NCBI GenBank assembly: GCA_965153455.1
Contig: OZ234493.1
Span: forward strand, 18,528,213 to 18,592,212
Length of the DNA: 64,000 nucleotides
Source: Sphagnum compactum
Taxonomy: Eukaryota
Reading direction: 5' to 3'
In this document: positions 51,620-64,000 of the stretch, one piece after another
Layout of the letters: each line of letters begins with the position of its first letter
How positions within the stretch are numbered: the first letter of the stretch is position 1
Notes under the pieces: generated by a model
What the model was told of the DNA's origin: nothing
Seen by the model: the letters and a program-made list of their open reading frames with translations, nothing else
Database searches by the model: none
Program-made: the position numbers and the translations under genes

Positions 51620-51801
51620 AAGAGAGAGAGAATCAGAGAGAGAGAGAGAGAGAGAGTGGAAGAGCTGCTGCAATGGAGAACACGGAGAAAGGAAAAACGG
51701 AAATGAGACAGGGCGCCAGTCTAAATAGCCAAAGACAAAGCCTGATTAGGAACCTGATTAGTAGTAAGCATGATTAGTAAAGTGATTAGGAACCTGATTA
51801 G
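51620..51801 (-). promoter_or_regulatory. Putative core promoter and TSS region of the minus-strand gene: (CT)n leader tract, TATA-like TATTTAG (51721-51727), five CTAATCA boxes
   Basis: (GA)n at about 51620-51655 on +, CTAAATA at 51721, and TGATTAG at 51743, 51755, 51771, 51783 and 51795. Confidence 0.55.
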
Positions 51802-53188
51802 GGGCGGAGATTAACTTAGTGACGGTGATTCCCTATCGGCCCGGCAGATGAGAGTGAAACGGGCAGGGCGGCGTGGTTACTTTGTACTTCTCTCCATGTG
51901 AGTGACCCCCCACGCGCCTCCGTGCGCGCGCGCAAATTTTCCGTCCAACTGTCTTGCTGCCCACGCTGCCCGAATCGAGATCCCGAAAACGTCGGATGCG
52001 TGGCCGCGTTGCCCCCCGGTGGGGGTGGGGGGTTGAAAACTCCTCCTTCTCTTAGGTACCTACGAGACTACTACCTACTTACCTTCCTTCCTCCCTACCC
52101 CTCCGCCATCCCACGTTTTGAGTTTCATTCACCTACCCACCTATGAGTAGGTAAGTACGTTTTTACATTTGCCGTTCCCTCCAGTTTTTTGGGAGTTTGT
52201 AAAATTTCAAATTACACTTGCCCCCCCCACCCCCCTTTCAAATTTTTTTTGGCTCCTCCGTTTCTTTCATAAAAAAATGAAAATATTTAAACAAAAACAT
52301 TTTAAAAACTGATAGCCCTTAATTCATGCCCCCTTTTCGGTTGGCCGTAGTACCTTTACCATTCCGGCAATAATTAAATTATTTTCAGTAAATGTCGATT
52401 AATTTTTTAGAAATTAGTGGCGGAAGTTCCAGTGTTACATGGCCATTTCGTTTATTCTCGCTCTACACGGTTATATTATCTTTGAAAATGCGGAAATTTC
52501 AGGAAATTCTTATTTTTTGTTACTGTTCGAGTGAAAAAATGATAAATAAATAAATAAATAAATATTTGGCAAGAAGATGTAGGAATGAATGGTAGGGAGT
52601 ATTTATTATGGTACTCTTTTGTTTTTTTCCCAAAAACAAATTTGTGGACTGACCGACTGACCACTTGGCAAGCGACAAAAAAATGTGGCTAAAAAAACTT
52701 TATAAGAAAAATAAATTTCCAGCGAATTTTTTTTTCCCTTTTTTTCCAGAACATTACACTGGTCATCGGTAAGAAATTGAAAAGAAAAAAATAAAAAATT
52801 ATAGAAAAGCCCCTAAGTTAGGTCCCCTTTAAGTATTTTTCCCATTTGCCCCAACGACATGGTGGACTGACCGACCCTTGGGCAAGAGAAAGGAAAAAAT
52901 ATTAATAAAATAAAAAGAAAGCCCCTAATTCAGGACACCTTTTTACTATTTTTTTTTCCCAAAAAGAAAATATTTTGCACTCGCCTCTGGGCAAGCAAAA
53001 TGTGTCTCAAAAGCCTAAAAGAGAAAAAGAAATTTCCAGCCCTCTTTCTACTCTTTTTCTTTTCCCAAAAAATTACAATTGGCCATGGCCAAGAAATATG
53101 AAAAATAAAAATAAAGGAAAATTCATTTGTTTTGGATGTACATTGTGGTAATGAAAAATATAATCGTTGATTTTATTTTATTTTCCTG

Positions 53189-53570
53189 ATCCCAAATTTA
53201 GCTATTTAAGGTGGTTACACTTACTTAACCCAATGGTTTGTTCGATTTGGATTTTTTTCATCCCAAGAATTTAGCTATTTTTATAGGTAAGTTACACGAA
53301 CTTAGCCCAATGGTTTGCTTGATTTTCTTTTTTTCATCCGAGGAATTTAGCTATTTTATGGGTGGCTGACTTACTTAACCCCAATGGTTTGGTTGATTTC
53401 ATTTTCTTCATCCCATTAATTTAGCTATTTTATAGGTGGTTAACTTACTTAACCCAATGGTTTGTTCGAATTGATTTTTTTCATCCATTGAAATGAGCTA
53501 TATTTTATAGGTGGTGAATGTACTTAACCCAATGGTTTGTTGGATTTTGATATTTTGTTCATCCCAAATT
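53189..53570. repeat. Tandem repeat, about 74-bp unit x5
   Basis: ATCC...AATTTAGCTATTT...GGTGG...ACTTAACCCAATGGTTTG recurs at about 53189, 53260, 53336, 53410 and 53483, with a partial copy at 53561. Confidence 0.88.
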
Positions 53571-55501
53571 TAGGTCCAATTTTGCGTGAGGTTCGACACT
53601 TGACTTCATGTAACTTGTCAAAATACAAAAGTTTGGCAGATGCCGTCTGTCTTTCCTATACTTGGGCAATATCAAACCTTTTGAAGTCTGTGTTTGTGTG
53701 CTGCTGGGGCCTAAATTTATGCCTCAAAAAGGATTTTGTGTTCTTTGCTGCTACATTTGTGGGTGGGTTCAACTTGGAGGTACCTAGTGTGGAAGCTGGG
53801 CCCCATGACCCAAACCACACATACACATACACACCCCCCTTTGACATTAGAATCAAACAAAAAGCTCAAACAAATCAAACGCCTCCCATCCTCCTTTGCG
53901 TGCTTCTTCGCTCGGTCGCCCTTAGTGTTAGTGGGTGACCAACCATGACCCACACTAGTGACAAGTAGCACGGTTATTCTTTTTAAGCCTAACTATTAAG
54001 TAGTGACCACCCCATCTCCCACACAAGATGATCAACAAGAGACCTTAAGTGGTATAGGTAACACCCATGGATTTGGGCGTTACCAAAACAAGGCACTCAT
54101 CCGCCCAAGGTGGCCGCCAAGGGAAGCACCGGAAGCATTCAATTCTGGGTACGCCCCCCTCCAACGGCCTTGTAACATACATAATGACATGTTCAACATT
54201 TGCAAAGACTTTCATGACACCCAAAATAACCACAATGTGCCCTACCAAAATGTGTAAGGTGCTGTCCCCGAAACGTAAGATGTTTTAATGCGAAAAATGA
54301 GACCCTAAGTCGGCTTTATGTAAACAATTATCACAACCCGGACTGACAATCTAATCACATGAACATGTTGGGGTCCATTTTGGATATTGTCGTACTTCTA
54401 CAACGTCTCATTTGTTTGACACAAATGAGCACTTTATTCGGTGACTTCGCGGTCGCCCTCAGTAAATTATAAACTATTTCAAATCTTCGTTTTCGGGAGG
54501 GATGATCAACTCCGCAAATATCGATCAAAACTTGAAAACGTGTATTAGTATGATATTTTAGAAACCATAATAATTGAAATAGGTAGTCAGGATTGGTATA
54601 TAATATATTTTCATGTTTTGATTTTTGGTCTCTCGTGCCCCTCTCGTGCCCCCCCCCCCCCCCTCCGGCCCTAGGTTTCCGATTTGCAGCAATTTTGACA
54701 AGGACTAAGGAACACTATGTACCCAACGCAACGCAAATTCACAAAATATATTTGGGAGGCAAAGTTTTGACCCGAAAAATAAAATCCCAATAAAACTCGG
54801 TATCAAAATTGAATCGGAGGGTAAACCCTAGAAATATGGATGGGTCACAAATTATGATTTGTTTGTTCGGCTGCTTCTTCGGCCTGTTCTTGATCATATT
54901 TTTTTTTCTAAGTCAAAAAAAGCAAGCAAAAAAAAATTGCATCTCGGCCTCATGTTCTCTCTTGCTTGTGATAGGATAGGTGTCCGAGAACATGATAAGT
55001 CCCACCAAATACGGCCCTTCTTGCAGAACTCCCCCTCTCCCCTCAATCAGATCACGGATACGATTGGTTGATTGGTTCCACAGCAACTGGCATTAGTACT
55101 ATCTGTTAACCTCGGATATGCAAAGTGGTAGTAAGGAAGGTTTCTAGTCCTCCCCCGACCCGACCGAAAATTTCGACATCTTTTACCCTCGAAAGTAAAA
55201 AGATGATGTCGAATTCATTTCCGGCCGTTGTCTTGCCCTTACCAATCAACCAATAAGAAAATTAGGTAAGCCCAAAGTGAGGAGCGCACTCATCAGAGGC
55301 CATCGGAAGATATATTTAGGGCTAGCATCAAAATCATCCATCTAAATTATGGATGAATGACCAAATGTCATGATATTGATGATGAAGATCATGACCACTT
55401 GCTCAATGTTATTATATAGAATGAAATATTCTCATGAATTTATTTTGCATTTATAATCAAATTTGTATGCATTATCCGAACCACATTTATTTAGTTATTT
55501 A

Positions 55502-56330
55502 TTTATTTATTAAGGAAGTTTGTTTGTTTGTTTGTTTTGTTTTGTTTTGTTTTGTTTGTCACGTTCAAATCTCTTAACTCACGGCACCCCTTATCAAGGT
55601 CTCGGTATCATCGGAAAACCTTCAATGAGTACATACATGTGCACCAAGGTGATTTCATAATATTTCGTCATATAATGCAAAAATTATTGAATTTTGAACA
55701 AATTTTTCCATTGAAAATTTAATAAAATCAAAACAAAAGTTTTTACGAAAATTGCAGTGCACTTTTTTATATTTGTTAGAAATCTGATAATGAGGAAGCT
55801 TTTATGGAGATCATTTTGTAATTTTGAGACCCGTTCTGTGCGGGAGATATTGAATTTTGTGCTACTTTCGTCATTGGAAATTCACCACACCGCAAAAATT
55901 GGTGTTGAAAAAAGAAATTTGTTGAGCAATGAGTTCAAACTTGTGCCAACAACATAGTGGTCACACTAATTGAAGGGCATTTTGTTTGTTTTATTTGTTA
56001 AGAACTCCCAAATCATAGCATCTCTTCTCACACTCTTCATGCTTTTGAAAGCCTATGATGAGTATATGGGTGCATTGAGTTGGTTTCATAATGTTTTGAC
56101 CTATGGTGGAGAAGTCATTGAATTTTGAATGATTTTTCATTAAAATTATATGAAAATCAATACTAAAATATATATGAAAATTTGGGCATGCTCTTCACTT
56201 TGTTGGAAAGCCTTTCAGGATTAAGATTCAATGAAGGTGATTTGGAAAATTTTAAACCTCAGGTGTGGGAGAGGAGATATTCAATTTTGAGTAATTTTGT
56301 CATTGAAAATTTAATGAAATGCCCCAAAAT
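55502..56330 (+). mobile_element. Two degenerate tandem copies of a diverged relative of the 6883-8250 Helitron-like family
   Basis: Start resembles TCTATCTATGAAGGAAG followed by (TTTG)n. Shared GGAGATATTGAATTTT...CATTG(G/A)AAATT body, and a GTCACACTAAT end at about 55970 followed by a second unit. Confidence 0.5.
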
Positions 56331-58916
56331 TCATTTCAACAAATGAAATATTCCTAAATATTCACTATTTTTCCTTCAAAATATTTTTTTGATTTGGAAG
56401 AAATATATTTTTGAAAATTTCAACATTTCTGAAAATAATATAATTAGTGTGGAATTGGCCAAGGTACTAGGGTATGTGTTTTTGCTTGCACACCCCCAAG
56501 CTAAGTATTCCATAATAATATCCCTTTATATTTGATGAACATAAAATAATAAGCCCTTGAGATCTTTTCCAAGGTGCAATGAACAACCTTGAGTCATTGT
56601 GGTTGTCATCAGTCAGTCGACCCATCCCATCGGGTATCTTTCTCGTTCCTTGGTCACAATTGCAACACATGTATCAAAAACTTATCATGTAATATTATTA
56701 TACTACATATTTGTTGTAAAAGTTAGTCACCACTTTGTAATGCACAAAGAGCACATGTTTTTTTCTATCCCCAACATATTTTTCTAGTAAAAATTTAAAC
56801 ATCATTTTATATTGAAAACATCCAAATTCTTTACTTTCCGTTTTTTGAATAAACCATAGAAATTTCTCTTATAGTTCATGAACTACAGAATTTTTTGTTT
56901 TTCTGGTACTTAAATGATACTATTTGTGGACATAATAAAATATAACTACTTTACTTGTGACTTCACCACCCCAAAAAAAAACTAAAATTAAGATTGCTAT
57001 GGTGGGAAATATATATCAAAAAAAAGGGTCAAAAAAAAAAAGCTCTCGTCCCTTGTTTCAGTTTCAAAGGAATGTAAAAATGTAAAGTTTGTTGACAAAG
57101 TGTGAATGGGTGTCCTTTTGATCCATAAGGCTATGAAGCCATTTACTTCCTTGTGGGAGATGGACACTTTCTAACCACTATAACAAAAGGCAATGTAGCC
57201 TAGTTGCTTGTTTATCCCCCTTAGTTTAACTTTAAACCTAACAACCACTTGGGTTGTTTGCTTGATTGTCTTTTTGGAACCAACAAACACTTAGGCTTGG
57301 TAGGCTAGATGAAGAAACCACAAGTGTGGACTGTAGGTCACTGACTAAGTCCCATTCACAAAATCCTAATCCAATCATCAAATCAACTAGTGAAAAGGCC
57401 AAAGTGTGAAAACAAAAGCTACAAGCCATTTGACATACCTATTTGACATTAAAGTTTTGTGTGATGGTCTCCTTAAAAATCCACCTTAAGGCTTGGACCA
57501 AGTCAAAAGCTTACACATTGGGTAGGGTCAAAGTCCCATGGACAAAAGAAACTTTCCAAAGGAGGGGAGGGAGTTTCACATGAAACCCACCATTTGCACC
57601 ACCATGGACCTTAGTTAGTTGGCTAAGTGACATTTGGTCATTTTATTGCAAATGTAGTATTACTATATAGCTACCCTACCCTTTCAAGTATTTGACTTGA
57701 AAAATCTCTCACCCTTTGAAAACTTTTCTTCCTCATAAAAGGTCTAACTTAATTTACGAGAAGCAATTTGAATTTTGAACTTAGGGCTCATTGGGGACCC
57801 ACATATAAGTTGAGATGCTCATTGCTTTCTTCTCCAATTTTGCTACAGTTTTGCACCGTTTCCTTTCATACATTCCTCCTCCTTGTAAAAGGTATTTTAT
57901 AATAGCCTTGTGTTTGTTGAGCTTTCTATACCTTTTAGGGTTGTAGCCGTTCATAGCGTTCCACGATCATTTTCGTGAAATTATTGCAGAATTTTTATTG
58001 AAAATTATTGCAAGTATGTTGTTGCCGAAGTAGCAACCCCCGATCATAGTAGTCATAACCCTCATACGACAAACAATTTGTCCAAATAATTCCCTAGATT
58101 TGCAAGTTCCTTGTTGTTCAAGAACCTCGCCGACCCAAAGCGCCACCTGCAACAAATCATTATTATTGAGGTTGCGCGACAATAGCATCAGTCAGTATCG
58201 CACTCGACCGTTGTTGCTGCGTTTGTCACACTTTTAGGACGCCATTTTGACAGCAGAACACTCCAAAACATCAAGCCAAGTGAACTCGAAGGAGGCGCAA
58301 CCCCACAGAGGAGGCAATGAAGTATCAAGCCCCCGGGTAGTAGTAGTGTACCCGACTGAACTGAATGAAGAAGCTGGTGGTTGTAAGCATTAAAAATGTC
58401 CACAACATCAACAACTCCAATCACAAGGCCCCCAATCTCCCTTCTCTTCCTTACAATCTCCTCAATGATTCGATCAATGATATCTGATTTCTTCCTTACT
58501 AAATACCATTCTCATCTACAAATTTTGTATTTGTTTTATCTCATTTTCAAAATTTCATTGGTATTTTTCTTATCTTCTTGTGCATTACTAACTGGCCAGA
58601 GCTCTTCCTTTCTTTTAATTTTGTGATGTAGCCAAACTCGTGATCATCCACAAGAAGATTTAGCCAAATTTGGCTATAGACCAGATATGAAAGTATATTA
58701 TTCTTTATCTTCGGTAAAAGGCCCTTGGACCTGGGCAATACCAGGATGGGACCGCGGTCAGTTGTCACCTTGAGTCACCCCTTCTTCTAGTAATGCCCTC
58801 GTCTTAGGACCCTAACAAATTCTAAGTTTGGTTTTCACTGGAATTAGTTTTTTTCTTTTTGCATTTTTATTGCATTGGAATATGTAGTGACCATTTCGCA
58901 ACCCAAGTAAGAGCGA

Positions 58917-59416
58917 CTAGTGTGACATGTGCCATTGGCTCAAGTGTGAACATGATTATGTAATTGCTCAAGTGTGAATGTCCTGTGCTGATATAAGTCA
59001 ATTGGGAAAAAATATTTTAAGCTTAAATCGATTTCTTATGAAAAAAATTACTCAAAAATTCAATATCTCCCTCACCATAGGTCTAAAAATTATGAAATCG
59101 CCTTCAAAGAAATCTCACTCATCAAAGGCTTTCTAGGAGTACCAAGAGCTTACCCCCAATTTCTCTAAATCAATTTATATATGATTTTACTGAATTTTAA
59201 ATGACAAAAATGTTTAATATTCCATAATTGTTGCACTAGAACTCTACCCATTATCAAACCACCTTGGTGAACCCTTCTTCATTGAGGGTTGAAATCATCG
59301 GTACCAAGGGTAGCAAGAGGAGGGGGCCAAGGGGGGGAGGGGGGGACAACATGATTTTGCAGATGTCAATGTGACAAACAAATAAAACAAACAAACCACT
59401 TTCCTCAATAGATAGA
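58917..59416 (-). mobile_element. Single Helitron-like element of the same superfamily
   Basis: The reverse complement begins A|TCTATCTATTGAGGAAAG...TTTGTTTG and ends CCAATGGCACATGTCACACTAG|T. Confidence 0.65.
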
Positions 59417-62400
59417 TGGGACAACGGGTCAGGGTGTTGGGTGATTATTACAAACAGGAACAGACCCCCCCCACAATTATCATGAAGGTTCTTAGGATTC
59501 ATAATCATAATTCCCAAACAAAATTATTAAAAAATAAAAAAAAGAAAGGACTGACCCATACTCGATATATAACCACGGCTTTCAAAATTTTCAAAAAAAA
59601 TCAAACAATTAGCCATAAAAATCACTAGTTGCTTGACGATTCTTTCTTTGAAACCGCCAGTGCTTAAAAAAATCAAATAACCACGCAACATTGGTCCTCA
59701 GTACCAGCCTCTGTTTTTCTTCGTTGGCTATATATATATATATATATAACCAGAAAGCGATATTTAAAAAATATAAATGTGCTAAAATCAAGTGTTTTTT
59801 TCTGATTTTCAATAGCCATATTTTGACCAAAATTGTAAGAAAATTTGCCAGATAAGTGACAGAGGGAATCCAATCCTGCTACTTACAGTAGGTACTTTGA
59901 AGCCTCTGGAGTTTGAGAGTGTAGGCTAGTTGGTTACCTTCAACCACAATTATAATTACCATAGTACTACACCTGGGCCAGTTCGACACGAATTATATTA
60001 TTTTCAAAAATGTTGAAAATTTCCCCACAAAAAAATATTACTAAACAAGAAATATATTTTTTTTGAAAAAGAAAATAAAGAATATGATGAAATATTCAAC
60101 CATATGTACATCATTTCTTGAAACAGAATCCTCAAAAATTATTTAATTAATTAATTATTCGACAAACATGTGTTGAAGTCACCAATGTACTACGGTACCG
60201 TAAGTGAAGTTCCAGACCAGACCAAAGTGCGCATCACGCCTCCATATCTCCCTCTCTCTCTCTCTCTCTCTCTATTTCACAGAGTGTTTTCTTTCCGAAT
60301 TTCTTTTCTTAGCTGCTAAAATGGCAATCATCCATAAGAAGATTTAGTCAAATCTGGCTATAGACCAGAAAATAATGTGCAAATTTGCATAATCTTTAGT
60401 CACCCTTCTATATGTCTGGCTACACAATGAAAACCACATACACCAATCTGGCGATTTTTTAATTTTTTTAACTTATTTCTGGCGACTGACAACCTCTGAA
60501 ATCAGTTATTTCTCGAATTTTTTAATTTTTATTTCTCATTTTGGCGACATGTCGTCAGTAAAAAGAAAGGCTGATCTCTCTCTCTCTCTCTGCACGCGCA
60601 TCGCGCCGTCCTTTCGCTTTGCACCAGTTACTTTATTGTCTGCACGTGGTAAATAACTGAAGTAACAGTAGATATTCTTCTTTGTCTCCCCTTTGCCAGG
60701 ACTAACCTAACTTACATCCCCTGTTTCACACAGATGGATGGATGGATGGATAGATGGATGAAAGTAATTCTCTGCTTTTCACCTCATCCATCTTTCACCA
60801 TCCATTTTTGTATTATTTCCTGTACTCTATTGTATGGGAGTTTTTTTTCCAGGTATTTCTCTTTTGCTCGTTTATCTTTTTCTTTTTTCTCGGTTCTTTG
60901 CTTCTAAGCCATGACCTAGAAGAGAATTTTTTTAGTCTATTTGGAGGATACGTTTTCTTGCAGAAAATTTATGTTTGCAAAGAGCTGGAACTTTTTCGTT
61001 TGACGAGCGAGCACTATGATCTCAAAATGTTTGTGTTTTTTTTTTGGTTCGAGAAAGAAATTGTTAAGCTTTTGTCATGGTGTTGTCTTTAATCTTTTAC
61101 AATGATGCTTCATTTTATGCGAAAGAAATTTTTGTTGTAGTCTTTACGCCAAGTAAAGCTCTCAAGCAAGGGCATTACCAAAAATGGGCCCAAGCTCGGC
61201 TATTGTCTCGCTTAGGCCCTTATTCCGATAATGCACTTGTCCTCAAGCTTTACCCTACACGTAAAGACCTATGAGAAATTTTCTAGTGTATTTCGAGGTA
61301 ACATTACATAGCCAAATTTTGAAACGGGCAAAACACAAGCCCTTTGAAAAATGAAACACTTTCAAGAGTGGCCATTTTGCTTTTCAAAATTCTCGTCCTC
61401 GTTTTTCCATGTTTTCCATACACTTACGCACCAAGTATCATGGGAAAAAACCAATCAAAAAAATTCTTGTAAGTTGTTACGCCAAGTAACGCCACATTCA
61501 TCGGTTGTTACCCTACCACAAAATGTTACCCTTCCACAAAATGCCTCTAGCTAATGTCATAGCCTTTTTTTCTCTTTTTTTTTGGTCCCCTTGGATCTTG
61601 GGTTGTTACATATGTTGTGTCAAAGTCTATTTTTCTTGGTTTTTTGGGTTGGTAGTTGGTAACCAAAGTCTTCGACTAGAGCCTATGAATTTATTTATTT
61701 ATTATTTTGGGGGGTTACTAGCAAAGGCCTCTATGTTATTGTGAGTTTATTTTTATTTTTCCCTTTTTCTCTTTGGGTTCTACCAATGGTTATTACCATA
61801 TTGTTCTTTCTATTTTTTCTTAAGGTGGTTTTTAAAATTTGGGGTTTTTCTAATTTTAAATAAATGATTTTGTGATCTTCCTATATTATTGGCTACCTAC
61901 TAGAACCTTATTCATATTATTCATACAAAAACTGCAAAATTTTGCCCCAAAAAATCACTATTTGGGATTGTTCTCATATTGATAACCATACACTTGTGAC
62001 CATTGGCATTTTCTCCCTAGTGTTCTTGATATCCATAAGATGCCCTTATGTATCTTGAGGGTTTAACAAAAGGGGTGAAAAAGAATGGGTTTTTGCAAAC
62101 TTTGCACACAAATTTTAAGCTAGACCACAAAGAGAAAGCACAACTCATTTGGACAAGAGGGGATAAAGCTCCTACCCAGCCCTTCATTTACAACTAAAGA
62201 ATCGCACTTTTCAACATTTTTAATGAAGAAACATTGCATATGTTTCATGCGCTTTGTACGGGCCACAAGAAGACCCGAAAGAACGACAAGCCAAGGCCAT
62301 CCTCACACCCTGCACTTTTCTACTCCCATTGGTCACCTTGCATTTTAAAAAAACAACCAACATGTAGTAGAGGTCTCATTTTTCCGGCCCTTTTTTTTGG

Positions 62401-64000
62401 CCCCTTTGGGGACCAGGTCACGCATGGTCTTTTTGGTCCCCATTGATGCCATTCGGGCAAATAAAACATACGAATTGTGAAACCCGAAATTTGGAGTGAC
62501 ATGAATATTGTTTTTGAATCACAATTGAGCCGAGTACGAGAGCCGAGACCATTCATTTGATGGATAAATTCACGGAGTATAAGGTCCAAAAGCATTCATT
62601 TGTTGATAGGAGTCGAACACCACCGAAGACATGTGTGTGTTCCGTCCCTCAAAAATTGAACAAAAAAGGAGTTGATGTGTGGCGGATGGCGTTCCACAAA
62701 GGCGATCCAAATGGCCCATCCTCGGGCCATTCATATGCACCCTAAAAACCACGAGTAATGCTATCGTCTTAGATTCCGGCCGGGTCAAGGTTGGAAACTA
62801 CTTTCCTACATGATAAGATATTGGAAAAGAAATGCGTTGGAAACCACCAAAAGGAGGGGAAGGGAGAGAGGGAGACAAGGAGAAGAGGAAGAATCTGAAC
62901 CCGAATGTCTTCGATCATCCTTTTTTCATTCAAAAGCTTTGTGGAAAGGGTTTTCGAAGCAACCTTGAGTATTTAGTTTCGGGGCAAAAGCCGTGCATTA
63001 GAACTTAGTTTTGAGGCAAAAGGCTGTGCTTTAGAACTACTTGGGCAAAGTTCAAATCCCAAATGCTTTGGATGATTTTTTTCCCAACCCATTGAAAGTG
63101 TGTTGAAGAAACCTAACACCCATTTCCTTGTTTTCCTTTTCTTTGTTCTTTTGGGGGGGGGGGGGTGGGGGAGAGAGAGAGAGAGGAGACCAATGCTTGA
63201 GAAACACAAAAGGAAAGGAGAAAGTATATAAAATCTAAGTGGTTTATGAGAATTTTCATTTAAAATAGGTTTGAACAAGCCTTTGGAGATCCATTGAGTT
63301 TTGCCCTTTTGATCCTCTTGCGTGTCATGTTCAACTTCCAAATGTCAATAGCCCCATGCACAATATTTGTCTCTTACGATAGGAAATGGTTTTAGCACAT
63401 GCTTGGAATGTGAATTTGAAATTTTCGTGAAGTTTGTAATTCAATGTGCTTTTGAAATGTTTACAAAATCTACCCACAAATACATACAGGCCTAGTCTTC
63501 AAAGAAAATTTCTAGAAAAACATTTCCAAATACCTAGTCCCAAGATTTTCTATAGAAAGGAAGAGGATAAGGATAGTATTTCTTTTCTCAAAAAAAAATT
63601 GGGAATTTCTTTTTTGTAATTTTTAAATAGAATTCAACTAATTTTGCTAATATTCATAGGAATTTTCCAATTTTTATATCACAAAATTGAAAAAAAAAAA
63701 TCCCAATGAGTTTGGTGGGGGGCTAAGGGGGGGGGTACTTTCAAATCTCCAAATTCAAAAATTCTCCTAGAGTTGAATTTGGAAGTTAATATTCCGACCA
63801 ACCCAAAAAATTCAAGTTCCCCCACAAAGAGATTTTCACCCCAATATTTATCATTTAGAAACCCTTTTATTGAGTTCCATGGTGATTTACTTATTATTGT
63901 CCCTAAAACAAGATGGAAAAAAATAAATTATTAATTATTATTATTATTTTATTTTATTTTAAAGTCTCTTAAGCATGAGCAAGAGCTGGTGCACCTACCT

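Noticed and set aside
56467-58500. Fragments that look like decayed transposase or retroelement coding sequence
   Set aside because: No motif could be confidently identified, and there are stops in all frames.
62320-62790. Protein-like string GAYEWPEDGPFGSPLWNAIRH on the minus strand after an AG
   Set aside because: It is followed closely by a stop, and no partner exons or family could be recognised.

Overview
Eukaryotic land-plant nuclear DNA. The spliceosomal genes and AT-rich spacers with moss-type dispersed repeats suggest a bryophyte, probably a peat moss (inference from repeat style only). Three host genes can be built with GT-AG introns: a class I LOB-domain (LBD) transcription factor (+, 3328-4947), an RS2Z-subfamily SR splicing factor (+, 28402-30829), and a small uncharacterised plant protein of the 'ICPKPRR...[10 protein letters not shown]...VRIEGF' family (-, 48055-48930). 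A young, full-length but frameshifted Ty3/Gypsy LTR retrotransposon lies at 18262-26199. The rest is non-autonomous Helitron-like elements (several in head-to-tail arrays), a palindromic MITE, a hAT relic and tandem repeats. Two observations stand out. (1) The retrotransposon has non-canonical ends: the tRNA-iMet primer-binding site (PBS) occupies the end of the 5' LTR, the element's right terminus (GGTTACA) is not encoded by U5 but reappears next to the polypurine tract (PPT), and there it forms a TTACA-TA-TGTAA palindrome, as if integration used an end-joined or circular intermediate. (2) The minus-strand gene appears to combine a CUG-initiated main ORF with a 76-codon UUG-initiated upstream ORF in a long, spliced leader. 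All calls are by eye; no searches were run.
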